Sequence record: MW349128.1
Source of the DNA: Staphylococcus phage Machias
Direction: 5' to 3' (one strand)
DNA: 64,000 bases
In this document: one piece after another, positions 46,859 through 56,976 of the stretch
How positions within the stretch are numbered: the stretch's first letter is position 1
Layout of the letters: the number at the start of each line of letters is the position of its first letter
Made by a program: the position numbers and the translations under genes
The notes under the pieces: generated by a model
What the model was told of the DNA's origin: nothing
What the model saw: only the letters and a program-made list of their open reading frames with translations
Databases searched by the model: none

Positions 46859-49849
46859 TTAAGAAACTGAATAAGTAACATTTACAACATCATCATAAGT
46901 TAATCCTAAATCTATAACTGTAGTTCCTGTTGAATTATCTTCATTTTCAATTTCTACTTTATTTTCTCTAAGATTCTTTTTAATATTTATATATTCTGGA
47001 ACATATTCGATAATTTCTTGTTTATTTAGATCATTATAACCTAAATTAGTGTTAAGAAGTTTTTGATAGTGATTATCAACTTTCTCTGCATATTTACCTG
47101 AAATTCCATTAAATACAATATATTTAATAATATCAAAATTTTGTTCTAATAATCTTATTAAATTAGATATAGGTATAATACCATTTTCATTACATGCTTC
47201 AATAAAATCTGATATATATCTTTTAATTTCTTTATCTAAGAAATCATTAATTGGAGCATATAATGTTATATTTAGATCTAGTAATATATCAGTTCTAGAG
47301 ATATATTTATTTTCTACATTATCATCATTTAATTTAGTATCTAAATAATAATTATTAGAAGGACCTTTTGTATTATACAGTTTCATATCTATACTAGTAT
47401 TATTTTGTAATCTAGGAATAGCATCTTCTAGTATACCTTTATAACCATCTAATACTTTATATACTTCTTCATAATTATTCATAAAGTAACCTAATGAAAA
47501 CATTGGTATTAATTCTACTCTACATTTAGAATCATCCATGGATATTGTACTATTCATTACATTTGACATATCTTTATAGATAGATACACCTTCAAAAGTT
47601 TCCATAGAACAAGCTAATGTATAATCATTAATTTCATTATCTTCATGATTAGGAAAAGCATCTTTAAAGAAATTCATTTCATCAGAATAATCTAATTCAT
47701 TAAAATATCTCATATCTTCATCTTTATACATAATTCCAATTTTGACTACAAATTTCTCATCTATAAATACATTATCTTGTACAATACCTTTTGAATCATA
47801 TAATGAATCTGTGATTGCTAGTTTTCCTTCATGGAAAGATCTATTTGTAGATATCATACCTGTATATAGTGAAGATTTATCAACACTACTATCACTGTCA
47901 TCAATAATATTATTTTCAGATTCAATATTTTCTTCTGGTTTTAATTCAAAGTAACCATACTTCTCTCCAGTTTCTTGAGATAATAGAACTGCTCTAACAC
48001 TTAATAAATCTTTCATTTCTTGTAATGATGTATCCATACCAATTTCTACACTAAATTTAAATGTATCTGACTCTAATGTATTTTTGAAATCATTTAATTT
48101 TTCTACATATAAATCAGTTGTAGTTATATTACTAGGTATTAAATCATTAATGTATTTATATTCAGTTGAGAATAAATCATTTACATGAAGTTTATAATAG
48201 TTGGAAGATAAGAAAGGATACTTATTAATCTTGATTAAGAAAGGATTTACATAATATAAAGAATCCTTATCTTTTTCAAATTTTTCTTTTTCATCTTTAT
48301 CATCTAAACCATCAGGTATATGGATATATTCTTTTTCTTCATGATCGTATTTAAATAGACTATTTTCTGGAATAACATAACCGTCTTCTTCATTTCCTAG
48401 AGATGTATTTCCAATAAAATAGTCTTTAGGGAAATCTAAATAAGGTGCAGTGTTTGTAGGCATAACCTTATTATCACTATCTCTTAATAATAAGAATGCA
48501 TTGTACATACGTGTATATAGATCATTACGTTTCTTAACGAAATTAATAAATGAATTATTAATATTATTACTATCATTAACTTCATTAAAATAATTTTTAA
48601 TATCAAAATCTGTAATAATATTATCTCTAGTTATAGCTTTATTAATAATACGTCTTTTCTCTGAGTTTACTGTAGGTTTATTTCTACCGTTAACAGAATT
48701 TCCTTTAGGTAATACTGTAACAGGTATTTTTTCAAATGTACTAACTCCAGATTCTAATGATACATTTAATGTATCATTATAATTAAAGTTACCTTGTTCA
48801 CCTCTAGTAGTTAAAGTTTCAATTATAACTCTACTATTTGCTTTAGGTCTAAATGAATTAGCAATATTAGAGAAAGATATTTCTAGTTTATTTTCCTCTT
48901 TAAAATTATAATAACAGAAAGGATTATCTGTATCTGGAGTAAATGTATTATTGAAATAAGTTTCCATAGGGATTCTTTCACCCATATATTCATAAAATAC
49001 ATTAAACCCGGCTAATTGACCTTCATAACTACTATCTAGATAAATATTTTCTGCAATATCATTACTTGTAATATTAAATTCTTTTTCAACTCTATCAATT
49101 TGATATAGATCTAGACTAAAGAATAAATAATCTATTCCATTAGAAATATTTTTAGTTACTTTAACATTATTGTCTAGTATAGATGAGAATTTAAATAAGT
49201 TGTTATCTATATTATAATTAGCTGATATTTTATAATCAATTAATTCTTTACCATCTTTAGTAACTGGATATTGTTTTAATATAATAGAAACATCATAAGG
49301 TAAGCTATATTTAAAGTTACCTATAGTGAAATCTTGTTTTTTAGATATAGTTGCTTCATATGTTTTTAAAGATTTTTCTTTATCAATAGTTTTAGTGGAT
49401 ATAATCTCTTTAGTTGGAAGTTTTAATATATCCTCTTTTCTAACTACTAAATCTACTTTAAAATTAGCAGGAGTAGCCATTTGAATAGGTACGTTATATA
49501 ATTTAGCAAAGTTATAAATTGACATCGGTATTGATGCTGTATTTAAGAATAATTCATCATACAAAACATTTCTGTGATAAATAGCATTTTTAACTTCATG
49601 AGAATTAATTTCATTAATATAACCAAATAAGCCTGCTTTAAGCAAACTAATAAGTTCTTCATTTTCATTATCATCAATAGGAGTATTTTCAGTATCAATT
49701 TCAAAGAATTTACTAGCCATATTAAACCATTTTTCTTTAACATCATATGAAGTACTTCCTATTTTAATAACACTATCCGTATCTATCTTAGCATTATTTA
49801 AAAAATCTAATTTCTCTTGTTCGTTAGAGAAATACTGTGTTATAGCCAT
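46859..49849 (-). CDS. hypothetical large protein (996 aa), possibly structural
   Basis: Long ORF translationally coupled with its neighbours. Confidence 0.5.
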   Translation of the reverse strand: MAITQYFSNEQEKLDFLNNAKIDTDSVIKIGSTSYDVKEKWFNMASKFFEIDTENTPIDDNENEELISLLKAGLFGYINEINSHEVKNAIYHRNVLYDELFLNTASIPMSIYNFAKLYNVPIQMATPANFKVDLVVRKEDILKLPTKEIISTKTIDKEKSLKTYEATISKKQDFTIGNFKYSLPYDVSIILKQYPVTKDGKELIDYKISANYNIDNNLFKFSSILDNNVKVTKNISNGIDYLFFSLDLYQIDRVEKEFNITSNDIAENIYLDSSYEGQLAGFNVFYEYMGERIPMETYFNNTFTPDTDNPFCYYNFKEENKLEISFSNIANSFRPKANSRVIIETLTTRGEQGNFNYNDTLNVSLESGVSTFEKIPVTVLPKGNSVNGRNKPTVNSEKRRIINKAITRDNIITDFDIKNYFNEVNDSNNINNSFINFVKKRNDLYTRMYNAFLLLRDSDNKVMPTNTAPYLDFPKDYFIGNTSLGNEEDGYVIPENSLFKYDHEEKEYIHIPDGLDDKDEKEKFEKDKDSLYYVNPFLIKINKYPFLSSNYYKLHVNDLFSTEYKYINDLIPSNITTTDLYVEKLNDFKNTLESDTFKFSVEIGMDTSLQEMKDLLSVRAVLLSQETGEKYGYFELKPEENIESENNIIDDSDSSVDKSSLYTGMISTNRSFHEGKLAITDSLYDSKGIVQDNVFIDEKFVVKIGIMYKDEDMRYFNELDYSDEMNFFKDAFPNHEDNEINDYTLACSMETFEGVSIYKDMSNVMNSTISMDDSKCRVELIPMFSLGYFMNNYEEVYKVLDGYKGILEDAIPRLQNNTSIDMKLYNTKGPSNNYYLDTKLNDDNVENKYISRTDILLDLNITLYAPINDFLDKEIKRYISDFIEACNENGIIPISNLIRLLEQNFDIIKYIVFNGISGKYAEKVDNHYQKLLNTNLGYNDLNKQEIIEYVPEYINIKKNLRENKVEIENEDNSTGTTVIDLGLTYDDVVNVTYSVS

Positions 49850-49872
49850 TTTATTAATTTCAACTCACTTTC

Positions 49873-50862
49873 TTATAAAAATCTTAATCTATATTTATTT
49901 TGTGATCCGTCTTCACTTCTTGATCCCATCGCAATATAAGGATTACCTGTATTAATAGGATACATTTCATCGTATTTAAGTTTAACACCCATTGTTACTG
50001 CATTTATATTAGCTCTTATAGGAGAAGCACCTGAAGCATTTGTAACTGAACTTCCCATTGTTGATACTGTATTAAAATCAACTAAAGTATCTGGATTCAT
50101 ATCTTCTTTATACGAATAAGCAAAGTTAACTGATACATGTGGAACGTCTACATCTTCACCAACATTTTGAGAAAAAATATCATATGGTACATTAATAGGG
50201 AAACATCCTGTGTATTTAGAATAATGTAAAACAGTTTCTCCATCAAAATCTAGTAAGAAATAATAAATAGAACTAGTATAATCTATATATCTTTTACTTT
50301 TCGCATCGTCTGAAGGATACATGTAACCTCTAGTAACACCTTCAATATATTCGCTCCAAGCTTTTATTAAATGTATAATATCTATATTTTTATTTTCTTC
50401 AAAGTCAACAGCAATTTCCCCACCAGCAATTGAATTAACTGTTCCTACCGGTAAGTGTTGTTTATATCCGTAGAATGTTTCATGGAATTCTTTCATTGTA
50501 GTTTGTGTATCAGGTATAGATATACCCATAAATCTATTTGAAAGGATTGGAATAAAAGGTTTACCTGAACTTATAGCATTTAAATTACTAAAATTTAAAG
50601 TTTCTAATAATTTTGGTTTAACACTTTTAAGATATGAAAAGAAACTATCTCTATTTATATTACCATCTACTAAATTTAAACGAGGAGCAGTAAAGAAAAT
50701 ATAAGGTAATCCTTTATTAAATATTTCTGAATTTTTATCCTTCATTCTATAAGGGTTAAAGGATTCTATTTCTTTTACATTACCTTCTTTTTTAAGTTCT
50801 TCCTTAAAAGAAGTTTCTAAGCTTTTATCATCTTCAGCCAATCTTTCTTCACCACCATTCAT
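49873..50862 (-). CDS. hypothetical protein (329 aa)
   Basis: ORF only. Confidence 0.5.
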   Translation of the reverse strand: MNGGEERLAEDDKSLETSFKEELKKEGNVKEIESFNPYRMKDKNSEIFNKGLPYIFFTAPRLNLVDGNINRDSFFSYLKSVKPKLLETLNFSNLNAISSGKPFIPILSNRFMGISIPDTQTTMKEFHETFYGYKQHLPVGTVNSIAGGEIAVDFEENKNIDIIHLIKAWSEYIEGVTRGYMYPSDDAKSKRYIDYTSSIYYFLLDFDGETVLHYSKYTGCFPINVPYDIFSQNVGEDVDVPHVSVNFAYSYKEDMNPDTLVDFNTVSTMGSSVTNASGASPIRANINAVTMGVKLKYDEMYPINTGNPYIAMGSRSEDGSQNKYRLRFL

Positions 50863-50916
50863 TTTCTTAAAATTTTAATAAGTACATGTTAAAGCACATT
50901 TATTATTTTAATTTAA

Positions 50917-50943
50917 TTTTTAAATTTATATTATAATAATGGA
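50917..50943 (+). promoter_or_regulatory. early-type promoter-like motif TTTTAAATTTATATTATAATAATGG upstream of a non-coding region
   Basis: Close variant of the recurring 20-mer. Confidence 0.35.
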
Positions 50944-50945
50944 AG

Positions 50946-51560
50946 AGAGAATGTCATCTTTCTTCGCTCTTATAACTAGTCTATAAATATGCCTGACTCT
51001 TTAATTCACCCTTATAATTAAAGAGCAGAAGGTCTGGGACCTCCCAGTTATCGAATAGGAAATAAATGCTAATTGTAGACAAAATGAGTTAAATAAAAAA
51101 GATTATTAATTAAAATCAAAAAGTCGTACTGTTATATTTGGGTGTATTGATCTTATTATAAGATTAATATAGTCTACACATATTTATAAGATAGCGTAAG
51201 AGATATGCTGCTCGTATAGGGGAATAAAAATAAATGACATTAGAAGAAATAATAAAGAAGGAAGAAAATTATAAAAAAGAAAATATATATCAAGATAATG
51301 GCAAAAGAAATAAAGAAAAGTGTATGAATTTAAATGATTTCATTTTAAATGAAGTGTTGTATACACCAAAAATATAGAAACTCAGTAATTAATAAAAATA
51401 GAAATAAATTTAATGAACGGAACTGTATCGGAAAACAGGAAAGTAGTCATATACGTATTTTATCGCTTCTAGTATATGGCAGGCGAAAGCCTAAAGCGAT
51501 AACCTTCTTAAATATAACAGTACTTAAAAAACAACTCATTTCATATTATGATAATCATTG
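50946..51560 (+). ncRNA. candidate structured non-coding RNA region (about 600 nt), function unknown
   Basis: No credible ORF (51349..51573 is C/H/R/K-rich junk; the 47-codon ORF at 51234..51377 is very K/E-biased). Several strong hairpins (CTCTTTAATT/AATTAAAGAG; CTGGG-ACCT-CCCAG; TATCGCTT...AAGCGATA enclosing a GNRA-capped AGGC-GAAA-GCCT). Promoter-like motif upstream, terminator downstream. Confidence 0.3.
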
Positions 51561-51605
51561 TCGATCTCTTTAATTAGAGATCGATGATGGTTATTTTTTT
51601 TTTAC
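51561..51605 (+). terminator. rho-independent terminator TCGATCTCT/AGAGATCGA plus T-run
   Basis: 9-bp perfect stem followed by TTATTTTTTTTTTACTTTTTTT. Confidence 0.55.
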
Positions 51606-51671
51606 TTTTTTTACTAAAAATCATCATCAAACATAATTTTATAAAAATCTTAATAAAAATAAGGAAAGGCA

Positions 51672-53219
51672 GTGAAAGTTTTGGTTAAAAAATTAAATAT
51701 ACTTTCAGATGTTATTGATTTACTTAAGGATTCCACTACAGGTAATGTAAAAAATAACTATAAAAATAACAGTAGACGTAAAAGACCATTCGATAGAACA
51801 CTAAGAGGAAAAGCTGGAGATTTTATTTTACAATTTCCATTAGTGACTTCTGATGCTTTAGATAATGATACTGTAGAATTAATGAGAAATCAATTAGAAT
51901 TAGAAAGAGCATATGAATTTGAATATATTTTAACAAATACTCCAATTCAAGAATATAATCCAAAAGATCCAAATTCATTTATGGGAGACTTACATCAAAA
52001 TATTAATTTTAATGAAAGTACTAAGCAAGATATTAAACGTGTTAATGATTATTTAACTGAGTCACCAGACGAAAAATTTAATAAAACTTCAATTAATGAT
52101 ATGTCAATTACTAAAGAAGAAATGGATTTATTAAATGAAGAAACAATTGATTTTGAGGATTCAAGAAAGATTAAAGGTTATATTGAATTTGACGTTAAAG
52201 AATTCTTAAAGGCTAATAATCCTGATACTAAGGATACTTATACTGCAACAGTATATATAATTAAACCGAATTCTAACGGTGAACAACTGGAATTTTTATT
52301 TAATAATTTGAAAGAGGTTAAATATAGAGGTGGAGAAGATAATTCAAGATCGTTATATGATATCTTGAAAACATCAAGTAATGAAGGAACTTTATCTGAT
52401 AATGGTATGAAATTCTTATATGGTTCTATGGAAATTGCTGAAGCATTTAGTTCATATATTAAAAATATTATAGGAGTAAAACCTGATATACAAACGAATC
52501 AATATGATAATTATGGAACTACTACTACAATTCAAAAAGATAAATTAAATTCATCTATACCAACTATGGTTAATACGAATGTTACTTTCTTAATTACAGA
52601 TTCTAAAGGTGAACCAGTTTCAGGAATTAATCATCCTAGTAAACCAGTTAAATTTGGTGTAAAAACTGTAGTACATCCTGTTAAAACAGAAGATGTAGTA
52701 TTCTATTTATCTGATAAATCTAGAAAATCTAATCTTGTAACTAAATTAGTTAAATTTACTACAGGTGAATTAAGATTATTTAGAGATTTATTATTAGATA
52801 CAGAAAGAACTAAGAAAATTGCTAGAGATTCTAAAAAAGGACGTACAGGTGCTATTTGGAATAAATTAAATTCTATTTATACTGTAGATAGAGCTGGTAG
52901 TATTACTAGATCTAAATCCGGAAATTATATTCCTACAACAGCTTTAATGATTAGCATTGATGAAACTCAAGAAGTTAAACGTAAAACTGGCGTTGATTTA
53001 TTAAATGATAGACGTGCTGTAGATAAAGTTTATAAAGAATTCTTCTTATTAGAATTTATTGTAATTGATGAAGCTAGAGAATTGGTTTACAAATATCTTC
53101 CAGAACATCGCAAATTTGAAATTATAAAACAAAATAAATTAGGTGCTTTGAAAGTAAGCAGTGATAGTAAAAAAGGTGACATTGATTCTAAAGATTTAGC
53201 TAAATTATTAAAACGATAA
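51672..53219 (+). CDS. hypothetical protein (515 aa), GTG start
   Basis: RBS AAGGAAAGG; no motifs. Confidence 0.5.
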   Translation: MKVLVKKLNILSDVIDLLKDSTTGNVKNNYKNNSRRKRPFDRTLRGKAGDFILQFPLVTSDALDNDTVELMRNQLELERAYEFEYILTNTPIQEYNPKDPNSFMGDLHQNINFNESTKQDIKRVNDYLTESPDEKFNKTSINDMSITKEEMDLLNEETIDFEDSRKIKGYIEFDVKEFLKANNPDTKDTYTATVYIIKPNSNGEQLEFLFNNLKEVKYRGGEDNSRSLYDILKTSSNEGTLSDNGMKFLYGSMEIAEAFSSYIKNIIGVKPDIQTNQYDNYGTTTTIQKDKLNSSIPTMVNTNVTFLITDSKGEPVSGINHPSKPVKFGVKTVVHPVKTEDVVFYLSDKSRKSNLVTKLVKFTTGELRLFRDLLLDTERTKKIARDSKKGRTGAIWNKLNSIYTVDRAGSITRSKSGNYIPTTALMISIDETQEVKRKTGVDLLNDRRAVDKVYKEFFLLEFIVIDEARELVYKYLPEHRKFEIIKQNKLGALKVSSDSKKGDIDSKDLAKLLKR

Positions 53220-53360
53220 TTTAGAAACTTTTAGTTATAATGTATATATAAAATCTTAAGATGAAGAAAATTAAGGTTTATTTAATTTAAACATTTATTT
53301 ATAAAATATAAAATTAGAAAAATTATATTAGCGTGTAGTGATTCTATATTTTTATTTTAT

Positions 53361-54449
53361 TTGTATATTAACTCTAGAAAGGAAGTGGAATTCTCTGTGG
53401 AACTTGAACGTAAACATCTTTTAAATGAAGATGCAATGTCTCAAAAAGTTTTACAGGAATTCTCTTTACCCTTCAGACCTTTTAAACGTTTATCACCTGA
53501 AGAGCAAGTGGAAGCTCTTGGTTTAAGCGTAGCTAAAATGTCTGATAAACTGTTGAAAAAATCTGGAAATAAAAACTTAAAATCAATTCTTTCTAGTAAG
53601 GGTGATTTTAAGAAAATCAAAGCGTATAAAGATTTTGAGAAAACTTTTAATTACATAAAAGCTCAAAAATCTAAAGGCTTTGACAAAACACTTATTTTCG
53701 CTTTTGACACTATTGAGAATTCTGTAAAATTGCTTGAAAAAGAAAAACAAAATTTTAAAAAATGTTTTACAAATGATAATGAAGTAGGTCAATTGACTTA
53801 TACAACTATAGCTGCTTCTGTTATGTCAGCTACAGTACAACTTTTCTTCTTAGGATTTGAAAAAGATCTTAATGGAAATTTAAAATTCACTGATAAAAAA
53901 TTAAGTAAAAAAGATTCAATAGAGCTTAAAACTTTAGATAATCTTTTAAAAACATATAAAGCTGGAAAACTAAAAGAAATTTTTAAAATTGATGGCTCAT
54001 TTGTTTCTACAAATGAAGAATTTGATTTTAAAAAACTTGCAGACGATGCTAGTGAAGCATATAAAGATGGTGCTTTAGGAACTATCATGAATAAATTAAA
54101 ATCATTAAATAAAGGAACTAAAGTGGCTGCAGGTGGAATACTTGTTATTGCCTTAGCTCCAATGGTATTATTAATGATTAAACAAGCTTATATTTATTTT
54201 ATTAAAAAACGTTCAGATTTTGCTGAATATTTACGTGATGCTGTTAGTATTATTGAAGGTGAAAAAGATAATGATATTAGTGATTCAGCACGTAAGAAAC
54301 AGGAAAAAATGGCTGAAAGATTAAATAAATTAGCTGATAAAATAGATATTGAAGATGGTGTAGCTGAAGTTCAGTCTAGATCAGAATCAGAATCTATTGA
54401 CGTTGAAATTGGAAAAGAATTAGAAAATGATTTTAATATTAGATTCTAA
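53361..54449 (+). CDS. hypothetical protein with one TM segment (AGGILVIALAPMVLLMI)
   Basis: ORF plus hydrophobic segment. Confidence 0.45.
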   Translation: MYINSRKEVEFSVELERKHLLNEDAMSQKVLQEFSLPFRPFKRLSPEEQVEALGLSVAKMSDKLLKKSGNKNLKSILSSKGDFKKIKAYKDFEKTFNYIKAQKSKGFDKTLIFAFDTIENSVKLLEKEKQNFKKCFTNDNEVGQLTYTTIAASVMSATVQLFFLGFEKDLNGNLKFTDKKLSKKDSIELKTLDNLLKTYKAGKLKEIFKIDGSFVSTNEEFDFKKLADDASEAYKDGALGTIMNKLKSLNKGTKVAAGGILVIALAPMVLLMIKQAYIYFIKKRSDFAEYLRDAVSIIEGEKDNDISDSARKKQEKMAERLNKLADKIDIEDGVAEVQSRSESESIDVEIGKELENDFNIRF

Positions 54450-54488
54450 ATATTAAAATAAATTAAAAATAAATGGAGGAAAAATATA

Positions 54489-55280
54489 ATGTTGCAAAAT
54501 CAATCATTTGAAATGTCTTTCTTACAAGAAGAACTTTCTGCATCTCAAACAGAACTTTTTGTTTTAGAAAGTGTTAATGCTTTAAACGAAGCTGATGAAG
54601 AAGAAAAAGGAGCTTCAAAAGCAGGAGAACTTGCTAAGAAAGCTAAAGATTTCTTTATTAAAATTGCTAAAGCTGTTGCAGAAGCATTTAAAAAATTCAC
54701 TACTTTCTTTGTAGAAATGTATAAAAAATTAGAATCTCGTGTAGTTAACGTTCAAAAATATATTAGTGGAGTTAAATCTAGTGCTAAATTAAGTGAAGCT
54801 AGAGAATATTCTTTATTAGCTCCAAGTGCTTTGAAAAACTTACAAGAATTAGCTAAAGCTGATAGTCCTAATTTTGATCGTGGATTTGAACGTGCTAAGT
54901 CTGGTCTTAATGATGAGAAAAATATTGTAAAAGGTTCAATTAAAACAATCTCTGAAGCTGATAAGGCTGCTAAATCTGCTGCCGGTTCAGTTAAACAAGT
55001 TAAGGCTGCAGCTAGCGTAGTTTCTCAAACTAATAAATCTGCTCAACAAGCTGCTAAAGATGGTGTATCTGCTTCTGCTAAAGGAGATAAAGAAGCTATT
55101 AATGAGAAAAAACGTGTAGCATCTAATGCTAGTAAAGCTAACTCATTATCTCGTACAGCTGTATCTAAATCAATTAAACTTTCTAACCAAACTTTAGCTA
55201 CTGCATTTTCTGCTGCTAAAGCTATCAATGCTGCTGGGAAAAAAAGTGATAAAAAAGCACCTAAACCAGCAAATGCATAA
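54489..55280 (+). CDS. Ala/Lys-rich protein, paralog family member (with the 26669, 55486 and 56114 ORFs)
   Basis: N-terminal FEMSFLQEELSA...AKKAKDFFIKIAKAVAEAFKKFTTFFVEMYKK matches the 56114..56935 product. Confidence 0.5.
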   Translation: MLQNQSFEMSFLQEELSASQTELFVLESVNALNEADEEEKGASKAGELAKKAKDFFIKIAKAVAEAFKKFTTFFVEMYKKLESRVVNVQKYISGVKSSAKLSEAREYSLLAPSALKNLQELAKADSPNFDRGFERAKSGLNDEKNIVKGSIKTISEADKAAKSAAGSVKQVKAAASVVSQTNKSAQQAAKDGVSASAKGDKEAINEKKRVASNASKANSLSRTAVSKSIKLSNQTLATAFSAAKAINAAGKKSDKKAPKPANA

Positions 55281-55294
55281 TAAATAATTTTTAT

Positions 55295-55327
55295 TGACCT
55301 AATACCTTTAAATTGGGTATTAGGTCA
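55295..55327 (+). terminator. terminator (GACCTAATACC...GGTATTAGGTC), related to the conserved hairpin family
   Basis: 11-bp stem plus TATATTTTTAT. Confidence 0.5.
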
Positions 55328-55485
55328 ATATATTTTTATAAGAAAGGGGTATTAAAATTTTATTATCTAATAAAAATTATAAGGAAGATATTCTTAAAGA
55401 AGAAATTAATATAGTTAATGAATCAATATTATTTAATGAAAATATAAATTCTTTAAACGAATCCCCTGTTGGTAATTTCTTTGAA

Positions 55486-56094
55486 ATGGTTAAAGAATTC
55501 TTTCTAAATATACTATCACTTATTAAGAATGCACTAGTTAAATTTATGAAATTCTTTAATACGCATTTTAATAGAACTACACTAAAAACAAAAAGTATAC
55601 TTAAGAAAATAGAAAAGAATAAAGAAAATATAAATGTTGCAATGAGTAATTTATCTGGTTCAGCATCTATATTTTATATATGGAAAGCTAAAGATCTTAA
55701 GAAATACGAAGATGTATTAAAACATGCAGGTAAGACTAGTTTTGATTTAAAATACAAAGAATTTGAAATGGATCTAAATGAGAATAATCATTATTTAGAA
55801 ATACCTTTAACAATGTCATTAGATTTAAAATATGTAGTTGAAAAATCATTTGAACAGTTTAATGCTTCAAAGAATTTCGCTAAATCTTTTAAAATATCTT
55901 CAGACACTATGAAAGGTGCTTCCGAAACTTCAATTAAATTTGCTACTAAAGAAATTGAAGCTGAGAAGATAAAAGAAAATCAAAGACTTGTTAATGACTT
56001 GAACAAATTAAATATACTATATAGAAAAGTCATTAATAATTCATTAAAAAGTCATAATGAATTATTAAATAAAGTTGAAGAATATATAAAATAA
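55486..56094 (+). CDS. hypothetical protein, probable distant member of the same paralog family
   Basis: MVKEFFLNILSLIKNALVKFMKFFN repeats the KEFF...KF.KFF motif. Confidence 0.45.
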   Translation: MVKEFFLNILSLIKNALVKFMKFFNTHFNRTTLKTKSILKKIEKNKENINVAMSNLSGSASIFYIWKAKDLKKYEDVLKHAGKTSFDLKYKEFEMDLNENNHYLEIPLTMSLDLKYVVEKSFEQFNASKNFAKSFKISSDTMKGASETSIKFATKEIEAEKIKENQRLVNDLNKLNILYRKVINNSLKSHNELLNKVEEYIK

Positions 56095-56113
56095 AAAAGG
56101 GTGGAAATATAAA

Positions 56114-56935
56114 ATGATTGAAAATATCAGTATTGAAGAAAGTTTTTTAAATGAAGAATTAGAAATCGTTACAGAAGCAATTTCTATGAATGAAGCAGTT
56201 CAAGAAGTTGTTAAAGATAAGAAAGATTCTAATATTAAGAAAACAGTTAAAAAATTAAAAGAATTCTTTGTTAAGATTGTTAGAGCAATCCAAGAAGCTA
56301 TGAAAAAATTCTCTACTTTCTTTGTAGCAAATTTTGGTAAAGTGACTAAATTACATGATTTAGCTGCAACAGTTCTAGCTAAACTTAAAAAAGATAAAAA
56401 ATTAATTGCAGATTTTGTCGCATCTAGAGCAGAAATGAAGATACCTGTTGGTAAATTAGCTAAATCAGAAAATTATAAAAAATTAGCTGATTTAAGAAAT
56501 AAGATCTATTCAGATGATTTTGACAAAGAATACGGTGAATTAAGAAGTAACAGTGCGAGTGAAGCAGATGATCGCATCGCTTTAGGTAATTTAGCAAATG
56601 TTGAAACATTATTGAAACAAAGTGAACAACTTGTAAAATTCTCTAAAGAATCTGCTAGATCATGTAAACAATTAAAAGATGATATCCAAAAAGATAGTAA
56701 AACTGCTATTAGTGAAATCAAAGAATTAGAAAAAGGAAAAACTGACAGAAAAGAAAAAATAAACGAACAAAAAACTTACGTTACTAGAGCAAATAAACTA
56801 TTCAGTATGAATCGTCAAGCTTCAACACAATTCTTAAAACAAGACTACATTCTAAGTAACATTATTGTTAACTTTGGCGTAAGTGTAAAATTAGTAGAAA
56901 CTGAAAATGCTCAAAGAAATAAAGCGTTTCAATAA
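56114..56935 (+). CDS. paralog family member (closest to the 54489..55280 product)
   Basis: IEESFLNEELEIVTEA...KKLKEFFVKIVRAIQEAMKKFSTFFVANFGK. Confidence 0.5.
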   Translation: MIENISIEESFLNEELEIVTEAISMNEAVQEVVKDKKDSNIKKTVKKLKEFFVKIVRAIQEAMKKFSTFFVANFGKVTKLHDLAATVLAKLKKDKKLIADFVASRAEMKIPVGKLAKSENYKKLADLRNKIYSDDFDKEYGELRSNSASEADDRIALGNLANVETLLKQSEQLVKFSKESARSCKQLKDDIQKDSKTAISEIKELEKGKTDRKEKINEQKTYVTRANKLFSMNRQASTQFLKQDYILSNIIVNFGVSVKLVETENAQRNKAFQ

Positions 56936-56940
56936 TTTAA

Positions 56941-56976
56941 ATCCCAATACCTTTAATTAAAATTAGGTATTGGGAT
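56941..56976. terminator. bidirectional terminator, conserved hairpin family (ATCCCAATACCT...AGGTATTGGGAT)
   Basis: Between convergent genes; overlaps the last codons of the minus-strand gene. Confidence 0.55.

Noticed and set aside
50878-50890. AACA-N6-TA late-promoter-like strings upstream of several genes (for example 51628..51640 and 53288..53300 on the plus strand; 50878..50890, 58256..58268, 26646..26658 and 23333..23345 on the minus strand)
   Set aside because: My recollection of the AR9 late-promoter consensus is uncertain. At this base composition such a 6-position pattern is expected about 100 times by chance in the window, so the hits are not supportable without TSS data.
51349-51573. 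74-aa ORF (C/H/R/K-rich) inside the 50946..51560 region
   Set aside because: Composition is unlike a real protein, there is no RBS, and it overlaps strong RNA hairpins. Treated as part of a non-coding structured region.
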